Shown here piece by piece: positions 58,782 to 64,000 of a DNA stretch of 64,000 nucleotides. The stretch comes from Pelomyxa schiedti (lineage: Eukaryota > Protista > Evosea). Position 1 is the first letter of the stretch. Every line of letters starts with the position of its first letter. The stretch spans positions 29,768-93,767 of the forward strand of contig JAHLWZ010000306.1 of NCBI GenBank assembly GCA_020536535.1, written 5' to 3'. A program made the position numbers and the translations under genes. The notes beneath the pieces are model-generated. The model did not search any database. It saw only the letters and a list, made by a program, of their open reading frames with translations, and was not told the DNA's origin.

Positions 58782-61235
58782 ATGAGCCTCAAGAAGCTAG
58801 CCAGCAAACTCAGAGGCACAAGGTTACACGAAGAAGGTTGCTCGGTTTTGTTTGTGTCTGTGTTCTTGGCGCCATTTTAGTGACTTTTCGTTGGTTGACT
58901 AACACTAACCCCCAAACCAACTCAACACACAACAGCCTCTGATGTAGGAATACACTCCTCCACCATTGATGACATCACCACCACGGAGAAGGAGAAGGAC
59001 AAGGACTCACCAGAAAGAACTGCAGCAATAAGTTCAACAATTAACATCATCACCACTCCATCCACAGCCAACACCAGCAGCAACTCCAGTACCACTATCA
59101 ACATTACTACTAATACCAACACGGTCAATCCCAATCCCAACCCCAATCCTAGTAGTGGTAGTATGATTCCAGTGTCATCTGCTGCCTTGGCTTCGTCTTC
59201 GTCTGGCCACCATCATCACCACAGCCACCAGAAGAAGCCGTCCGCGTCGTCCTTGTCCACCACGTCGGCGGCACAGTCTACGCGCAAGAGGGCCACGTCG
59301 CTGAGCAACAAGCTGACGGCAAGTCAGCAGCAACAGCAACTGCAACAGCTGCAGCAACTGCAGCCTCAGATACAATTGCAATCTAAGAGACTCACTCAAC
59401 AAGGTATTATTATTCTCATAGGGGGGAGAGGGTGAATGGGGGTGGGTGGCGCCTTAAGCCTTTAGGCCTTGAGAAAAAGTATAGCTATTGTATTAGGGGC
59501 TAGTGATTTTAAGTGTAAATATGGAGTGGTTGTGTAAAAGGAAGTAAACTGCACAGATAGACTTCATCTGTCCACTTTGTTCGGCACCATACACTAAGGT
59601 TATACCCAAAATTCCTCGCCTTCTGGCTTGTGGTCATTCCTTTTGCCAAGGTCTCCTACTTTTTTTCCCCTTCCATGAATGTAACTACTTAATAGAGTGC
59701 CTCGACCTTTCATGCAAAGGTGCTAGTGGAATGTACCACTTTCAGTGCCAAAAGTGTTCATCTCACACACCTCGCCCTGACCTAGGGAGTGCGGGCCTCC
59801 CCAGCAATCACATAATACTCGATGCCATTGATGCGGCAAGTGTGTAACATTGGTTACATTCTTTATTTTGGAATTCTCATTGCACACAGATGCACTTACG
59901 GTAGCAATGGGGGAAGTGGACTCGGAAATGGCACCACCCGTACCACTTACACAGGCTACTTCATCTGCCAGTGGATGTCTCAACACACCAACGACACATG
60001 TAAATATTAATTCAACATCAACCAAACAAAACTCGGGACCTGCATCTGCTCTCAGTAGTACTGCAACCCAATCAAGCACTATCTCTTCCTCGGATCGACC
60101 AAGAACAGCAAGTGGAGGCAATAAAAGTCTTCCCAGTGTTGGAGATAGACAGCAGACTCAGATGGAATCCCCATATGCAGTCATTGTCCCTGCTCCAGCA
60201 GTGGCATCCACATGCGAGGAATGCAAAGTCAAGGATGCCACTGTATATTGCTGCAACTGTCACGGCTCTCTTTGCACCTCGTGCTGCAATAATTCACACA
60301 CAACTAAAGTACAGCAGAAACACAAGAGGGTAGGCAGCCCAAAGCAAAAGGATTCCCAATTAAAGCTATTTTGCAGATTCCGATACAACAAATTCCGAAG
60401 AGAACCTTCCTTTGCAAGGAGCATTCGAACCACAACCTAGGATTATATTGCATGCAGGACCAGATACTCGTATGTCCAATGTGCTCCGCAGTAGGGTACG
60501 CACTCCTCCACGTAGGTACTTTTACTCATAGGGACAAACACACACAAAAAAAAGGAGCCACAAGAATCACCAAGTGTGTTCCGTCGAAGAAGCCGCTTTG
60601 GAAGCCAGAGAACAAATAGATATGAGCCTCAACCTAGCCCAGAATCATTTAGTATCCATGAAGTCGGCCTACTCAAACATATCCGACGTTTGCAGTACAT
60701 CAGAGAACGCCATCAGTGCTTGCACGTCACACGTACAAGTATGTACATACCACCATTTCCACAAAACAACGTGAGTGCATGCAACCTCATTCCGGCTAAA
60801 ACAAAACCGCAGCAAACATTCTCTGAACTACGGCAAGCACTTACAGACAGGGAGCTACTTCTACTATCTGAGCTCACATCACGGTCCAACACACCAAAGT
60901 TCCAACAGTACATTACAGACCTAGCTGCACTAATTTCATCCACACGGGCCACACTCGAGAGAACTGAGCATGTTTTGGCGTTAGCCAGTCCACTGGAGCT
61001 GCTTACAGAAAGGCACAAAATTCTGGATAGCATCAATGTAGATACTATGGGAATGGAAACTCTGCCTGACACCTTATCAAATCGTAAAGTACCTTTCGTA
61101 TGTTTGTGAGTCTAACATACCATAGAAGTACCGATTGTAACTCTTCAAGACATTATACCGGTTGTAATGTCAATGGGAGAAGTCAAAGTGAAAGCGTTTT
61201 CTAGGAACGAAACGCCCCCTGCTTCTCTAACTTGA
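58782..61235 (+). CDS. TRIM-like RING / B-box / B-box / coiled-coil protein with a low-complexity N-terminus
   Basis: RING exons: CPLC..LACGHSFC..CQKC..LPSN. B-boxes: CEEC..CCNC..CTSC..H..H and CKEH..C..CPMC..H..H. Coiled coil FSELRQALTDRELLLLSEL. Confidence 0.8.
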
Positions 61236-61255
61236 GAAAACAGTAATTACTTTAT

Positions 61256-63123
61256 TTAAAAAATGTATGGTATCAATTTGTAGGGTACTTGTTTGCAGTA
61301 CAACTCCCAGTATTTTCCATACCTGGAGTGGCGTTAGGAAAATTTTGATGGTTTTTACAAGTACTTTGCACTGCAACGCGCATCCTGTCGTGAGGTCCTG
61401 TGGAGTAGCAAGATCAACAAATAGAGGAAATGGACCCAAGGCAGAAGCCGAGTAAAAAGGCACGGGAGAGTGAGGCTGAAAGTGTTTACCTGAGGGAGTA
61501 AGGAAAGGCTCAGGTACTGGAGATTTACCAAGTCGGGGAGGTAATGAAAGTGCCTGCTTACACCCCACCACCCAGAGGCCAACAGAATCGATGTATGGCC
61601 CTTTCCATCATCCTATTTATGGTTATCAACTGTCCCATTCCGAGTATCTTAACTGATAAATATCGAGCACATATCAACTGCGGTTTTTTACCCCAGATCT
61701 TCGTTTCTGGATTTTGTCGAACCCAATGCCGTTGAGTATCTGTCAGTTGGTGAAATCTTCTTAAGCAGAGTTGGTGGTAAACCTGCGAAGTAGTTCACCC
61801 AGGTTGCAATGAACCCAACACAAAATATTGCTGCAGCAAGTTCTATAAAAAGAATTGAGAATGCAATGTAAAACTAAGAGATCGTACTATCTGGTAAGTC
61901 GATTGTGTGCTTAACTAGAAATAAGGTCTAAAAGGGTCAATTTGCAGCCCCGTCAAAATTATGGTACCTGAAGGGAATGAACCCAAGGCATCCAAACCAT
62001 TGTCCCCCAGCACAGCATGTATCCGAAGTGGTCATGCTGGATATCCATGCAACATAAGTACCTGGCGTGAGGAGGATTTAAGATCGATAGAGTAATATTT
62101 GTACTGACCATTTCTCCCAAAAGAAAAATTTCCCAATGTAGGCAGCTTGAATTCCCGCAGAAACAAGTATGCTATTGTGCACTGTTCCTTCATATTCTAA
62201 CTGTGTAAACAGAAAAGATACACTTGCCATGACCCATAGCATCATTCCAAAGCGGCATATCTTTGGCAATAAAACAAATTAGGGTTTCAGTTAAATGTCG
62301 AAGAGCTGTACAATGAGGTGCTTCATATCAAATCCAAAAAGTTTAGGATAGAGTTCAACTCCAGAGTAAAAATCGAATACCTGCACAAATAAGATACAAC
62401 AAAGTCCCAAAGGTACATACTGGGCTGGCAGTGGTGCTGAAATCAGGGGTTGTTGGAGAGTATCTACCTTTGAAGTAGAGTACTGTACATAGTACCAAAG
62501 CACTCACATTCACAACAAAAAGAAGCGGTCCCCAGTTATCATATAACAGAGTTGGAGATATTATGCGAAGCCAGGGGCCAAGTACCAAGTAAGTTATCAT
62601 CGTAACGCAAAATGCCTCAAATAATAAGGAAGAAGCATTGAGTAGAGGATTACTTACTGCGAAACCGTTTGATTTGTACTTTGGTGTATAACCTGTGGAT
62701 GTAACAGGGCCTTCAAAGATACTGCCTGGGAGTATCACAAGAAGAACTGCTTCAAAAGCTAAGAAACCGGCAGCCAAAAGAAAAGCGTGGATAATCGGCG
62801 CAACGCAAGGACCATCATAGTGAATAGCAGGGAGAATCCCATCGTAAGGAAATAGCGGCGGAATCAACACATTGCGTGCAACATAAAGTGCTGGTGCACT
62901 CAACATCCACTGAGCAAAGAGGAGCAAAGATCCGTCAAAATAAGTGACTGCGTTCGACTGGTTAAAAACAATTGAATGTACAAAACAAAAAAAAAATATT
63001 GGAAAAACGGTGCAGCACACCAACAGGGAACGAATGTCAACCTGTGAAATAGAAAATGGAAACCAAAACAGGGCACGAAACAACGATCGCCAACGGGCCC
63101 GCAACTGCTGTCCCAAACGACAT
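61256..63123 (-). CDS. DHCR7: 7-dehydrocholesterol reductase (ERG4/ERG24/DHCR7 family, DWF5-like); start uncertain
   Basis: Motifs GPVTSTGYTPKYKSNG, YFKGRYSP, GVELYP, CRFGMMLW, KFFFWE, MDIQHDHFGYMLCWG, IWGKKP, LLASGWWGVSRHFHY, DARCSAKYGKYW..YC..VPYKLIPYIF. Confidence 0.88.
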
Positions 63124-63189
63124 TCACCGATGATCTGAAAATTGTGATGTGAGAAGATTGCCTGCCATGAAGTCTCCCTTTTTTGAGAA

Positions 63190-64000
63190 TCACCCCAGGC
63201 GGCAATAATATTCATTACACCCGCCTCCTCCACTCTTACTCTTGTTCAAAAATATTTTATCAAATTGGATGAAGTGGGTGCAGTCTGGATATCCAATGGG
63301 TACCTGCGCAGTCTCAAACAACCAACCTACTCTTGAGTAGTGCGCTAAGCGCTGACCCTCCAGAGATTGGAGGTTATCAGAAATCTGCTCTTTTTTTTTT
63401 TCTTTTTGAAAAACCACTTACGGTGCTGTGGATGCCATCAACAAAGTGGTGACTGAAAGTTGTGTTGTTTATTGATTTAATATTAGGGGGAAGTCAGGCA
63501 GCCCTGTTAAGTGTTCTTGTACCCAAAAGGGTCGATGTAGTATCTGTCGTTCTCTTGAGCACAATAAGACACAATGCCCTAAAAACCCTGCAAACCAAGT
63601 GCAACCACAATGCACTCAAACTTCATCTCAGCTTTGTCTTGATTTGATTGAAACTCTTGCTGAAAAACTCTGGGTACCAAGAACATATATTGCCATTCTT
63701 CTTAACAGCATCAGGTGTGCTAATCACTTTTCAAACTTTGAGGGGAGATCAGATCAAAAAGTTTTCACAGGCAGCACACCTGATGGCTCTTTCATATTAT
63801 GCCAAAGTTGCAGCAAATCGAAAGAAGAAGATCATTAACATCCTCACAAATATCCTAAATTTAACCACAAGAACTACTTGTCTGGTTTGGAATGCAATAT
63901 CAGGTGGCACTGTGCTCAGAAACAGCTCCTAATTGGGATCTCTGTGCTGCCAGCAAAGAATCCTCCTCCTCCATCTCCACAAAGGCAGCAACTTACACAC
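63190..64000 (-). CDS. 3' part of an unidentified multi-exon gene
   Basis: Putative last exon ISDNLQSLEG...GGGGCNEYYCRLG*, with short GT-AG intron candidates upstream. No family was recognised. Confidence 0.3.

Noticed and set aside
1-64000. Stop-codon reassignment to explain fragmented ORFs
   Set aside because: The in-frame stops checked in conserved genes all fall inside GT-AG or GC-AG introns, so the standard code suffices.
1-64000. CRISPR arrays, transposases, integrases, rRNA or tRNA genes
   Set aside because: No repeat-spacer arrays, mobile-element ORFs or full RNA genes were recognisable.

Overview
This is eukaryotic genomic DNA from a very compact, intron-dense protist. Introns are mostly 40-110 nt GT-AG, the genetic code is standard, and convergent genes are often only 20-100 nt apart. 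The gene content (an Arpin ortholog, a bacterial-type O2-sensitive Fe-S activase, bacterial-type Tpx, low-complexity-rich lineage-specific families) suggests an anaerobic amoebozoan such as an archamoeba; Pelomyxa-like is an inference, not verified. About 28 spliced genes were reconstructed by hand. They include a TKL-type kinase, an atypical Ras-like GTPase, an ankyrin/F-box protein, an F-box/G-beta-like fusion, a 2-hydroxyacyl-CoA dehydratase activase-like protein, a Gfo/Idh/MocA oxidoreductase, Arpin, a cyclophilin, GPAT, a PIG-L deacetylase, RNase Z, Tpx, two RING/B-box/coiled-coil proteins, FANCI, an EEP hydrolase, a metallophosphoesterase, a GH27 alpha-galactosidase, an LRR protein and DHCR7. 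The most unexpected signal is an intergenic structured element at about 2066-2240. It carries both sense and antisense copies of the conserved LSU rRNA H69-H71 segment (the I-PpoI / R2 / L1925 intron site). Other notable observations are an IR-flanked micro-inversion in a tandem paralog, a 17-bp duplication frameshifting a ~1 kaa ORF, six identical-length 69-nt LRR cassette exons, and CpG-rich 5' ends against CpG-depleted gene bodies. All exon structures are manual reconstructions and no database searches were run.
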